A stretch of 64,000 nt of DNA from Eledone cirrhosa (taxonomy: Eukaryota): NCBI GenBank assembly GCA_964016885.1, contig OZ024742.1, positions 56,110,001 to 56,174,000 on the forward strand. The letters run 5' to 3'. Below are positions 1-12,565 of this stretch, one piece after another. Position 1 is the first letter of the stretch. Every line of letters starts with the position of its first letter. The notes below the pieces were generated by a model, which was not told the origin of the DNA, did no database searches, and saw only the letters and a list, made by a program, of their open reading frames with translations. The position numbers and the translations under genes were made by a program.

Positions 1-414
1 TATATATATTGTTATACTTTGGGAGGGTCATGTTGCCAATAAGAAACACACGCACCAGTTGCTTTCACTTCAATTTATTATAATAAATTTATAAATTTAT
101 AAATTTATAAATTTCTGGTTGGTTGGTTAGTTCCACAACCAGATAGTTGTTTATATATTGTCATGGTTCTTACGTCACACACTCTGTGACCTTTTCAGTG
201 ACTGGGGATTCTTTTCTTTGTTTTTGTGCCTCTCCTTTGTTCTGTCCTACGCCATTTTGTTTGTGTGTGTGTTGTGGGCTCAGTCTGCGCATGCGCCACA
301 TCCGGGTGTCTGTGTGTGTTTATGTTCATTTATTTATTTGTTTATATAAATGTTACTGGTTGGTTGTTTGTTCTATGTGTGTGTGTGTTTTCATTTTGTC
401 CTTAATTGTAAGTT

Positions 415-795
415 GTGATATTGCTGTTCCACTCATATTTTCTATTTAATTTTGGTTGTAATTATTTTATGTTTATTGCCTCCGTGATTTGTCTAAACAT
501 TGCGTCTTTTCTGTGTGTAGATTCTATTTTTATTTCTATGTTCTCTAATTTACCCTTGTGTTCTATTTTAGCATGTTGGTAAAGTACAGATGATTCTTTA
601 CTATCTTGAAGGTCTCGCCAGTGTTCATTTATCCATTCCCCTACACTACGAGCTGTCTCACCTATGTACAATATATTTTGTCTCTACATTGTCCTTCAGT
701 ACATCTTATGCTATACACTACATTTCTAGTTTTACAGTTAATATGGGGGCTTATTTTACAGGTTATACATTTCTTATCTATACATGATAACCTGT
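415..795 (-). pseudogene. PLE GIY-YIG endonuclease remnant (Neptune/Poseidon-like, CCHH type)
   Basis: Minus strand reads CITCK..NCKTRNVVYSIRC..C then, after a frameshift, YIGETARS..EH..QH..RQITEAINIK. Confidence 0.8.
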
Positions 796-1068
796 AACAT
801 AAAAGAATTACAACCAAAATTAAATAGAAAATATGAGTGGAACAGCAACATCACAACTTACAATTAAGGACAAAATGAAAACACACACACACATAGAACA
901 AACAACCAACCAGTAACATGTAAATAAACAAATAAATAAATGAACATAAACACACACAGACACCCGGATGTGGCGCATGCGCAGACTGAGCACACAACAC
1001 ACACACAGAAACAAAATGGCGTAGGACAGAACAAAGGAGAGACACAAAAACAAAGAAAATAATCCCCA

Positions 1069-1111
1069 GTCACTGAAGAGGTCACAGAGTGTGTGACGTA
1101 AGAACTATGAC
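1069..1111 (+). ncRNA. Minimal type I hammerhead ribozyme (family A, GUAA variant in this copy)
   Basis: gtca-CTGAAGA-gGTCAC agagtgt GTGAC-GTAA-gaacta-tgac. Copies at 36947-36989(+) and 36182-36224(-) have canonical GAAA. Confidence 0.65.
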
Positions 1112-1417
1112 AATATATAAACAACTATCTGGTTGTGGAACCAACCAACCAGAAATTTATAAATTTATAAATTTATTATAATAAATTGAAGTGAAAGCAA
1201 CTGGTGCGTGTGTTTCATATTGGCAACATGACCCTCCCAAAGTATAACAATATCGGTTTCAACACACGATTTCAGATAAAGAATCTTGCTAAATAAATTC
1301 AGAAACGAAATATATATATATATACACTGAGGATGAAAAACTCAGAGCTGTATGGGAGCATCCCAAAAGTCAGCTCAAAAGTGACACAGAGGAGACTGAG
1401 TTTACACACTTGTAAAA

Positions 1418-1940
1418 TGTATTTTAAAACTTTTTCTTATTTGCTAAACTTTGATTATATATGTTCTGGCTCGTTAATTTATTAACCTGCCATAGAACCA
1501 CATTGGCATAAGGTTGAATAATACATGTGTCCCTATATGTATTTTGCATGTAGGGATATATAATTTATTATTATTAATCTCCCCTGGTCGAGATAACATT
1601 TTGGTCGTTTTGACTGCTGCTATTTCTAGTGTCAGTGGATTGACCTTTCCGCTTCTGCCTTCTATATTTGCACACGGCACTGGACAGAATTGCTTCTATA
1701 TCATCTCGGGAACATTTTTTAATAGCGGTAATTCGTAATTTGAATTCGGGAATTTTATATTCTCTGAGTGAAAAGAACTCTCTGACGAGTGTCTTTCTTT
1801 TCAATTGATGTCCGTGAGGATAAATCCATTTATTTTTGAGACTTGAAACCGTACGGTAAAGGTAACTACAGCAGTAACAGTGAATTTTTAAAAATTTATT
1901 TTAAAATGTTTTCTTATTTGCTAATCCTTGATTATATATA
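1418..1940 (+). mobile_element. Non-coding HHR-bearing unit with imperfect terminal direct repeat, ending in (TA)n
   Basis: tattttaaaa..ttttcttatttgctaa..ttgattatatat occurs at about 1420-1462 and 1897-1940. HHR-like motif CTGACGA (1782) ... GAAA-ccgtacgg-TA (1845-1858). Confidence 0.55.
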
Positions 1941-1970
1941 TGTATATATAGATAGATACATATATATATG

Positions 1971-2063
<93 letters not shown>

Positions 2064-2152
2064 ATATATAGTATATATATATGTATATATATATATATAT
2101 ATATATAGTGACGAAACATAAGTAAATTGCATGAACTCATAATCCTTTGTTT

Positions 2153-2209
2153 ACTCCTATATATATTTCGATCATAGCCATTGAATGGCTATGACCTCAT
2201 CAGGCAGTT
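2153..2209 (-). ncRNA. Type I hammerhead ribozyme (family C)
   Basis: Minus strand: actgc-CTGATGA-GGTCATAGCCA ttcaa TGGCTATGATC-GAAA-tatataTA-ggagt, with an 11-bp stem II. Confidence 0.8.
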
Positions 2210-2770
2210 AGTCATTTCTTAGATATGCCAGCTCTGTGTTTATAGTGTTGATGGTATCAGAGCCTTGGGACATATGAGCTTGTTAGGAATAATTTAATGT
2301 TGTCAGCAGGAATAGTCTTAATTCTCATTGGTCAGTTTGTAGATGCTAGTAGGGTTGGTATTTGACCTCAAAGAGGCAGGTGATGTTGTAAAGTTCAAAC
2401 CGTCAGGCAAGATAACAATAGTTCCATATGACTTATTTTCACAAAAAGCATTCCTAATCAGATATATATTCCATTAAGGTTAATAGTATGAAATATATAC
2501 TAGAGGTCATTCTTAAATTGAGGAATTTATGTGGATTGGTGCTACTGAAAATTATGGTTAGAGTAGAAAATTTACAAATAAAAATACTTATGTAGGTTGG
2601 CTTGCATGTACACTCATACCCACCTCCACAGACACACACACACATCCACACATACAAATTCAGGAATTAACGTGGGGTGGTAATACTTAAAATAATGGTT
2701 AGAATCAAATACTTAGATAGTTTAGAAAATTTAGAAATAAAAGGCTTATGTTGGTTGACTTGTACATACA

Positions 2771-2838
<68 letters not shown>

Positions 2839-3699
2839 TGTGTGTGTTATTCGATGTCGGTGTTTTTGTGTCTATTAATGATGTACAGTCGATATTGTGA
2901 ATTATATATAAAATACTTCCATTTTGGCTAGCTAACATTAAAGTGTTGTTTTGTAAATAAATTATTAAATATCATTGTTTAAATTCGTATTAATAATTTT
3001 CTTTTTTATATTATTATGAATTAATAAAAGATATAAAATTACAGGCCGGCTGAATTTGTATGCATTTAACGATAAAATAATTTCAACAATATGAATTATA
3101 ATTAGATAATGAATACGCCTATTTTAATTAAACTGGATTAGACGGCCGTGTCTAGAATGAAAACAATTATGGTTGAATGGTTATCATCTGATACGAAAAA
3201 CTCTAAATTGAAATGTTTTATTTATGTTTGCATAAGTTATTTTAGATTCTAAGCGACTATGGCTTAAGCTTTTAATACAAACATGCAGGCAACCGCACAG
3301 ACACACCAACACACACATTCACACATACACACCACATACATATATATGTACTCACATACGTACATACATATATATGTATGTGGTGTGTATGTGTGAATGT
3401 GTGTGTTGGTGTGTCTGTACCGTTCCCTGCATGTTTGTATTAAAAGCTTAAGCCATAGTCGCTTAGAATCTAAAATAACTTATATACATAATTATATACA
3501 TACATACATGATTGCTGCCCCATCATTATCGAGTATGGCCATTGCTCGATATCACATTATTAATAGTTATCAGTTAATGTCATCGTGCAATACCTGTGCA
3601 TACATACATACATACATACATACATACATACATACATACATACATACATACATACATACATACATACATACATTCATATTACATGGAATTGCTACAAAC

Positions 3700-4655
3700 A
3701 ACATGGCTGAACCAACATCAACAACAACAACATCAGTGGAATACGGAAGAAAAACGAGAAAGGTAAACAAAATGTATTCAGTTGTAGCTACAGAACAAAC
3801 CTAAATTATAAATCGCATTTCTCTTGGAGTTGCGAACTTGATGATTTATTTAATTGTTATAAAATGGCAAAGAACAATCTCTCCATTGGCTATATGAACA
3901 GAATGAAGCTACACTGGGGTGAAATACACCCAGCGCTAAATCACTTCAAAGGGAAACAATTACGCCAACAAGCAACGTTTGTTGAACGTAAAAATAAGAT
4001 AAATATTATTCATTGTAAGTCCCCCAGAACAAACATGAAATCAACAACACGTACTACAGGTTGCCATGCTACTAGACTTCCTAGCAGCCAGGTCGAACAG
4101 TGCCTTGCAACATCTATGCCTGTAAGAAATTTGACACTATGTGTACCATCTATGTCTACTTCGAATGCTGGGGAAACCACTATCGATAATAATAATAATC
4201 GAAGAAATAATAATAATAATCGAAGTAATTTAACACCACGTGTACCATCCGAGTCTACCTCGACTATTGTGGAGAATACTATCGATAATGATAATAATCA
4301 AAAGTATAAACATTTGAAAATTTCCCTCAACGAATTCTTCCAGAGAGAAATTAATTCATGGAAAAACATTCCTCTTGCTGAACGTATTGAAACAACAATA
4401 TTTAATAAAAAATAAAATAAATAAATAATGAAATATTACGTGTTATTGCCGAAATAGGGGATGAATATTTACGACGGATAAAAACCCCAACATTTTGGCA
4501 AATCGACGCCTGTTTATATGCATTAGCAAAGACAGTGATGCATTATCTAGGTGATAGCAGAGATATTAACAAGAACAAAACACCATCAAAAATACCATAA
4601 TATATAACTAAAATAGAAAAAAGAATTGCTGATCTACGAAAAACTATAGGATATA
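3700..4655 (+). pseudogene. N-terminal fragment of an R4/Dong-like non-LTR retrotransposon ORF
   Basis: GYMNRMKLHWGEIHP..KQLRQQA, then frameshifted FWQIDACLYALA and P..ITKIEKRIADLRKTIG. These resemble R4-clade N-terminal motifs from memory. No RT remains. Confidence 0.55.
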
Positions 4656-4712
4656 TATTTTATTTATTTAGTTAATTATATACAAATATAACAATATACA
4701 AATTAATTATAA

Positions 4713-4791
<79 letters not shown>

Positions 4792-5335
4792 ACCAAACAA
4801 TTATTTATATCATAATTTGATTTACAATTGTTTCATCCTAGGAGGAGATTTCAAAGTCGATCATATTATAAATAATTACCTCAACAATTTCATCTTTTCG
4901 AACGCACAAAAATTCCATACATTTCTGTTTACATTTTATAAAACTGCGTTGTCATCAACTAGGGATATTGGGTATTACGTACAGCATGGTGTTAATTCTA
5001 ACTGGCATATATCTTTTACTCTTTTACATGTTCCAGCCATCCGGCTGAGGTTTTGCTGGGGTACCGCCATTGTTGCTACACATTTTATCTCCAGCCTGTG
5101 TTGACTGCCATTGGTGTAAGAGGGAGTACGTTGCTGTGCGCTTGGGTGACCTTCATACCGTGCTGTGGGCTCATCCAGGATACTGGATAACAGAGTGTAA
5201 AGACGTTTTTTGAAAACATCCATGTCCACTCCATGCAGAGCTCTTAAATTTCTTGGCAACTTACTGAAATGTTAAGGGCCTTTGAAATCAACTCTATTGC
5301 AATATCAGCTCCTTATTCTAGGTGTGAAAGACATA
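4655..5335 (-). mobile_element. 3' end of CR1/L2-like LINE with internal (TA)n in its 3' UTR
   Basis: [29 protein letters not shown] is a typical LINE ORF2 C-terminus. Copies at 11630-12330, 20995-21060 and 22275-22375. Confidence 0.75.
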
Positions 5336-5341
5336 TATATA

Positions 5342-5430
<89 letters not shown>

Positions 5431-5433
<3 letters not shown>

Positions 5434-5852
5434 GGAGGAAGTTATAGTTCACTTGAAGCATTGTGTAATGAGGTATAAACGTTTGTATATGTATAATGCT
5501 TTGTATATGTATAATAAAGCCAAAATAATGCAGGTATGAACATAGAATAAAGAATACAAATTCAAAAGATGTTGTTGACAATTAGTATTTTACCTTCGAT
5601 TTATTTAAATGTCCTTAATTTTCGAGATAATATCTCTTCTTCGTAGGGAAGTAAAGCGGTTAAACCAGTGTTCTAAATAGCTTGCCAAGTCATGCTGACA
5701 GCATGCTGTCAGCGTCTCGAAAATTAATGGCAGTTAAATAAATCTTAGGTAAAAGACTAAATGTCAACAATATCTTTTGCATTTGCATTCTTTATTCTAT
5801 GTCAATACCTGCATTGTTTTGGCTTTATTATACATATACAAACGTTTATACC
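5431..5852. repeat. Fold-back insert between (TA)n tracts
   Basis: About 5495-5628 is the imperfect reverse complement of about 5715-5850. A degenerate HHR-like motif lies on the minus strand near 5610-5650. Confidence 0.6.
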
Positions 5853-5888
5853 ATATATATATTTATATATTTATATATTTATATATAT

Positions 5889-6009
<121 letters not shown>

Positions 6010-6067
6010 TATATTTGTTTATATATATATACATACACATATATATATATATATATACACATATATA

Positions 6068-6109
<42 letters not shown>

Positions 6110-6111
6110 TA

Positions 6112-6172
<61 letters not shown>

Positions 6173-6291
6173 ATATATATATTCATATATATATATATAC
6201 ATATATATATATACATATATATATTCATATATATATACATATATATATATATACATACATATATATATTCATATATATTTATATATATTTA

Positions 6292-7015
6292 TATAGTATT
6301 AGTTATACTATTTATGGTTATGTAAATACAAAACCTTATGCAGTTATAAGTATTTTACACACACCCTAAATAGTGGTAGGCAGTAATGTATTACTACATT
6401 ATTACCAGTAAGTTAAGTAGCTCAATGTAAAAACATCAGATGATTTACAGAGCAGTTATATGAAATATAAGAATCAAAGAACTGTTCAAAACATTATTGT
6501 GCTTACAGCTGTTCCCTCCAAACCGAGGTTTGGATTCTTCGGACCAATTTATTAATGCATGGACAGTTATATGACCTCCTTTTCAGCCGAGAGACATACC
6601 GATACATATTCAAACATTGATACATATTCAAACATTGTGGGTCAACATTCATTACAGAATTTAGAGTGGCAGTACACACTTCGAGATTACATTTATATTA
6701 AGAGGTAACATTTATATTAAGAGGTACAATCAAAAATTTTGATTTTTGATTTTTGATTTTTGATTGTACCTCTTAATATAAATGTAATCTCGAAGTGTGT
6801 ACTGCCACTCTAAATTCTGTAATGAATGTTGACCCACAATGTTTGAATATGTATCAATGTTTGAATATGTATCGGTATGTCTCTCGGCTGAAAAGGAGGT
6901 CATATAACTGTCCATGCATTAATAAATTGCTCCGAAGAATCCAAACCTCGGTTTGGAGGGAACAGCTGTAAGCACAATAATGTTTTGAACAGTTCTTTGA
7001 TTCTTATATTTCATA
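6292..7015. mobile_element. Non-coding fold-back element with HHR family D in both arms
   Basis: About 6458-6735 is the reverse complement of about 6760-7015. Confidence 0.75.
6928..6974 (+). ncRNA. Type I hammerhead ribozyme, variant core CCGAAGA/GGAA (family D)
   Basis: tgct-CCGAAGA-aTCCAAACC tc GGTTTGGAg-GGAA-cagctGTA-agca. Mirror copy at about 6499-6545(-). Confidence 0.65.
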
Positions 7016-7564
7016 TATTTCATATATTTATATATATATATACACACATATATATATTTATATATATATATATATAAATATATATATATTTTTATGTATA
7101 TATTTATATATATATGTACACATTTGGCCGGAGTATCGCTAAAATGCTTTCTCCGATATTGCATTTATTTATTTACTCTTGGCGCAGCAGATATGAACAA
7201 TATTCCCGGTATGAGGTTAGCATTTCTTTGTTTATTTTTTATATGTGAATATTGATTGTTCCTGATATCTCATTCTGTTATTTTGCCTGAGAAAATATCT
7301 GTGTCATAAAATGTTGTACACACATAAATGTTTTTTCAATTTCCAATTGAGTTCTTAGCACGTGGCCTGAATTCCTTTCAGAGTTCATTGTCATGTGCAT
7401 GTATTGTTTTTTTGGCGGTAATTTACTTCCTCATTTTTTTAATCAGTTTGAGCACTTCTTTCGAACTGCTGGACTGGCAACCTGACAGATACCTCAGGCA
7501 CAGATGATGTTTATCGCTAAATACTGATGTTGTTTAGATTATCAATATTAGTATTATTGGGGCA

Positions 7565-7690
7565 CCCACTGATGAATTATAGGAGCCCACTTGAATATAT
7601 ATCTATTGATGGTAACAAGCTCCTACATAAATTGGTATAATTTCACCCAAATTGTAGGAATCCTATAATGAAACGAGACGTCCGTCTGGG
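7565..7690 (+). ncRNA. Type I hammerhead ribozyme with extended stem II (family E), copy 1
   Basis: ccca-CTGATGA-ATTATAGGA...TCCTATAAT-GAAA-cg agacgtc cGTC-tggg. Predicted cleavage after 7686. Confidence 0.9.
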
Positions 7691-8264
7691 AAGAGATATA
7701 TTAGATATGTCTCATATGAAATAATACAGCCAATTTTCCACGCAATACTTTTAGTTAGCACCCCGAACGCATAATTGGGAATATAATCACTTATTTCCTA
7801 ATGTTTGTTGAGTGAGTTGGAATTTGGCCGGAGTATCGCTAAAAAGCTTTCTCCGATATTGTATTTATTTATTTACTCTTGGCGCAGCAGATATGAAAAA
7901 AATTCCCGGTATGAGGTTAGCATTTCTTTGTTTATTTTTTATATATGAATATTGATTGTTCCTTATATCTCATTCTGTTATTTTGCCCGAGAAAATATCT
8001 GTGTCATCAAATGTTGTACACACATAGATATTTTTTTAATTTCCAATTGAGTTCTTAGCACGTGGCCTGAATTCCTTTCAGAGTTCATTGTCATGTGCAT
8101 GTATTGTTATTTTAGCGGTAATTTACTTCCTCATTTTTTTAATCAGTTTGAGCACTTCTTTAGAACTGCTGGACTGGCAACCTAACAGATACCTCAGGCA
8201 CAGATGATGTTTATCGCTAAATACTGATGTTGTTTAGATTATAAATATTAGTATTATTGGGGCA

Positions 8265-8390
8265 CCCACTGATGAATTATAGGAGCCCACTTGAATATAT
8301 ATCTATTGATGGTAACAAGCTCCTACATAAATTGGTATAATTTCACCCAAATTGTAGGAATCCTATAATGAAACGAGACGTCCGTCTGGG
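8265..8390 (+). ncRNA. Type I hammerhead ribozyme (family E), copy 2
   Basis: Same motif exactly 700 bp downstream. Predicted cleavage after 8386. Confidence 0.9.
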
Positions 8391-8657
8391 AAGAGATATA
8401 TTAGATATGTCTCATATGAAATAATACAGCCAATTTTCCACGCAATACTTTTAGTTAGCACCCCGAACGCATAATTGGGAATATAATCACTTATTTCCTA
8501 ATGTTTGTTGAGTGAGTTGGAATTTGGCCGGAGTATCGCTAAAAAGCTTCGCCGATATTGTATTTATTTATATATACATATATACATACATATATATACA
8601 TATATACATACATACATACATATACATATATACATATATACATATATACATATATAC

Positions 8658-8716
<59 letters not shown>

Positions 8717-8749
8717 GACATATATATATTTTTATATATATATATATAT

Positions 8750-9526
8750 ATAAGTATGTACACGTACATACATATATGTATACAGACGTACAGTAGTATG
8801 TATATATATATACATACATGCACACATATATATATGTACGTATGGATTCACCGAACATTTATTATAATGCTCGGTGTGTTTGTAAACAAACATCCCGTAT
8901 TAAGCCGTAGTGTCCAGCAACCATCGTTGCTCGTTTCTTCAACACTGACAAAGGAACGCTGTACTAGTTTCGAGCTTATTAGCTATCGTCAGCAACGTAT
9001 ACCTTCCTGCCAGATTGTTGAACGTATATACTTACCTTATGCATATTAACATGTTTTCCTTATGCATATTAACATTTACCTTATGCATATTAACATTTTT
9101 TCCGTTTATCGTTTTCGGTGCACCCGGCCGATTAACCCATTCGATATGCAAATTGGGCTTCTCAGCTGTTAATATGCATAGGGTAAGTATATACGTTCAA
9201 CAATCTGGCAAGAAGGTATACGTTGCTGACGATAGCTAATAAGCTTGAAACTAGTACAGCGTTCCTTTGTCAGTGTTGAACAAACGAGCAACGATGGTTG
9301 CTGGACACTACGACTTAATACGGGATGTTTGTTTACAAACACACCGAGCATTATAATAAATGTTCGGTGAATCCATACATACATATATATATGTGTGCAT
9401 GTATGTATATATATATACATACTACTGTACGTCGGTATACATATATGAACGTACGTGTACATACTTATATTTAATTAACAGCCGTACTAAGAGTGGGAAA
9501 TGAAATTTCCTTTCATTTTTTCCGTT
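8750..9526. mobile_element. Family F non-coding HHR element, fold-back copy
   Basis: About 8750-9050 is the reverse complement of about 9168-9470. Same family at 33300-33940 and 53950-54780. Confidence 0.85.
9220..9262 (+). ncRNA. Minimal type I hammerhead ribozyme (family F)
   Basis: acgttg-CTGACGA-tAGCT aata AGCTt-GAAA-ctaGTA-cagcgt. Other copies at 8956-8998(-), 33532-33574(-), 54106-54148(+) and about 54529-54572(+, GAAA mutated to TAAA). Confidence 0.85.
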
Positions 9527-9568
9527 TATATATATATATATATTTATATATATATACACATATATATA

Positions 9569-9662
<94 letters not shown>

Positions 9663-9701
9663 TATATGTATATATACACATATATATATGTATATATACA
9701 C

Positions 9702-9746
<45 letters not shown>

Positions 9747-9750
9747 CACA

Positions 9751-9821
<71 letters not shown>

Positions 9822-9879
9822 TTATATATATATATATATAAAACATATTTATATATATATATAAACATATATATATTTT

Positions 9880-9929
<50 letters not shown>

Positions 9930-10458
9930 TTATCTTTTCACTTTTTTTGTGTTTTTGTTTTGATACGCACTCTTTTTCCTGCTACTAATTTGGCTCTCAC
10001 TCTTTTAAGTTGTGAATTAGACTGGTTATCTACGCACGTGGCTGACACATTTCAGCTCGCTACAATAGATGATCGCATTTAAAGTCCGTTAAAGGTTCTT
10101 GGCACTACCATTGTTACCATCGCTTTCCTCTAGCCATGGGTCTTGGAGGCATGAACCGAATGCTACCATTCTATTTTATATCAATATGAACTGATATTTC
10201 TAATAGCCATCTTTTTACCCCTTGATAATTTGTGTGTGCGACACGTTGGCTGAGGGCTTCTGACAGGAACTAAAAGATTGATTCTTTTTAGCTTCCCATC
10301 CCCAAGTAAAATTTGTAAATCAGTGGCTAGTTGAGAGATAGAGTCCTATTGGTTGCCAGTTGCTATTCGCTTTACCGTGTGAGTTGTCACAAACAGTTAT
10401 GACCGGCATGGGCCGGTGTTTGGATTCTGTCGATCGATTAGTTATCGATTAGGCGATA

Positions 10459-10568
10459 CCCGCTGATGAAGCCGCATAAGCCGGTTGTGCATTGTTGCAT
10501 AATATGTTGAGACAGACGGTGCGGTGTACCTTACTGCTGCATTAGTGCAGCAGAAACTCGAGTCCGGG
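10459..10568 (+). ncRNA. Type I hammerhead ribozyme with long stem II insertion (family G)
   Basis: cccg-CTGATGA-agccgca...tgcagca-GAAA-ctcgaGTC-cggg, within a non-coding insert at about 9930-10715 that ends in (TA)n. Confidence 0.75.
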
Positions 10569-10732
10569 AACCTTATAGACACTCGTTTTACGTGTGTTGT
10601 GTTGAGGCAAATGACTATGTGTATACTCTGATAATGTATCTTACATTGCCCATTGAGTGCGCTGAGATACAACCGGTACTGACATTGATAAATATGGTGG
10701 GCCCGTCAACCCTTATTATATACACGTATATA

Positions 10733-11010
<278 letters not shown>

Positions 11011-11036
11011 TACACATATATATACACATATATATA

Positions 11037-11549
11037 TTACAAAAAAGATAGATGGCATGACAGGCGACCACTATTGGGGTCGATTAGAAAAGCTTAAACT
11101 TTATTCTCTTCAACGTCGCCGTGAGTGCTACATTATCTGTATGATGTGGAAAATATTCCATCAGCTTAGCCCAAATGATGTTGGCATCATCTTTAGTGTA
11201 CACCCAAGGCTTGGGCCCCGTGCTATCCGCCCAAGACAAAAATCTCACTCGCATCACATAACAACAATACGGCACAATTATTTCACCTCAATGGTTCCTG
11301 CACTTTTACACAAAAACACATCAAAGCAGAGACAGACCCCATCAAGTTCAAGAGGTCTTTGGATAAATTCCTTCAAGAAATCCCGGATAAGCCTCCTACA
11401 CCCGGATATGCCTCCGTAAACAATAACTCTCTTCTCGAGTAGGCCATGGTGCCCAAACACTGATTTATAAGACTTCGCCAGGTGGTGCTATTAAGTTAGA
11501 CATGGCCTGAGCCAATACTGACCGAAACCTATCAAAGTTATCAAACTTA
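11037..11549 (+). mobile_element. CR1/L2-group LINE 3' fragment
   Basis: [25 protein letters not shown], then a 3' tail of atcaaagtt/atcaaactt repeats. Same family as 16964-18050 and 46330-47275. Confidence 0.85.
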
Positions 11550-11553
11550 CATA

Positions 11554-11623
<70 letters not shown>

Positions 11624-11629
11624 TATATT

Positions 11630-11674
11630 ATTTATTTAGTTAATTATATACAAATATAACAATATACAAATTAA

Positions 11675-11767
<93 letters not shown>

Positions 11768-12330
11768 TATAAGAATATGTTACCAAACAATTATTTACAT
11801 CATAATTTGATTTACAATTGTTTCATCCTCGGGGGACATCTCAAAGTCGATCATATTATAAATAATTACCTCAACAATTTCATCTTTTCGAACGCACAAA
11901 AATTCCATACATTTCTGTTTACATTTTATAAAACTGCGTTGTCATCAACTAGGGATATGGAGTATTACGTACAGCATGGTGTTAATTCCTACTGGCATAT
12001 ATCTTTTACTCGTTTACTCTTTTACATGTTCCAACCATCCGGCTGAGGCTATGCTGGGGTACCGCCCTTGTTGCTACACCTTTTATCTCCAGCTTGTGTT
12101 GGCTGCCATTGGTGTAAGAGGTAGGACATTGCTGTGCGCTTGGGTTACCTTCATACCGTACTGTGGGCTCATCCAGGATCCTGGATAACAGAGCGTAAAG
12201 ACTTTTCTTGAAAACATCCATGTCCACTCCATGCAGATCTCTTAAATTTCTTGGCAACTTGCTGAAATATTAAGGGCCTTGAAATCCACTCTATTGCAAT
12301 ATCAGCTCCTTATTCTAGGTGTGAAAGACA
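11630..12330 (-). mobile_element. 3' end of CR1/L2-like LINE (second copy)
   Basis: Close homologue of 4655-5335. Confidence 0.75.
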
Positions 12331-12497
12331 CATATATATATTTACATATATATATATTGTTATATTATTATACTTGGGCAGGGTCATATTTGTGTAATAT
12401 TGCCAGAATTAATAACAGAACACACTCACTGTTTGGTTGGTTTTCGCTTTTCGCTTCTGTGTCTTTTATATCGGTGTGCAACCAAAGAACTTTGACA

Positions 12498-12564
<67 letters not shown>

Positions 12565-12565
12565 T

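Larger units (their letters stand above)
10..1310. mobile_element. 5'-truncated Penelope-like element 3' end with internal inversion (fold-back), between (TA)n tracts
   Basis: About 10-470 is the reverse complement of about 797-1250. It carries a GIY-YIG remnant and an HHR. Related copies at 36030-37190, 31830-31925 and 32075-32168. Confidence 0.85.
7122..8570 (+). mobile_element. Retrozyme-like tandem: two 700-bp non-coding monomers plus a partial third
   Basis: atttggccggagtatcgctaaaa occurs at 7122, 7822 and 8522. One HHR per monomer. Flanked by (TA)n. Confidence 0.9.
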
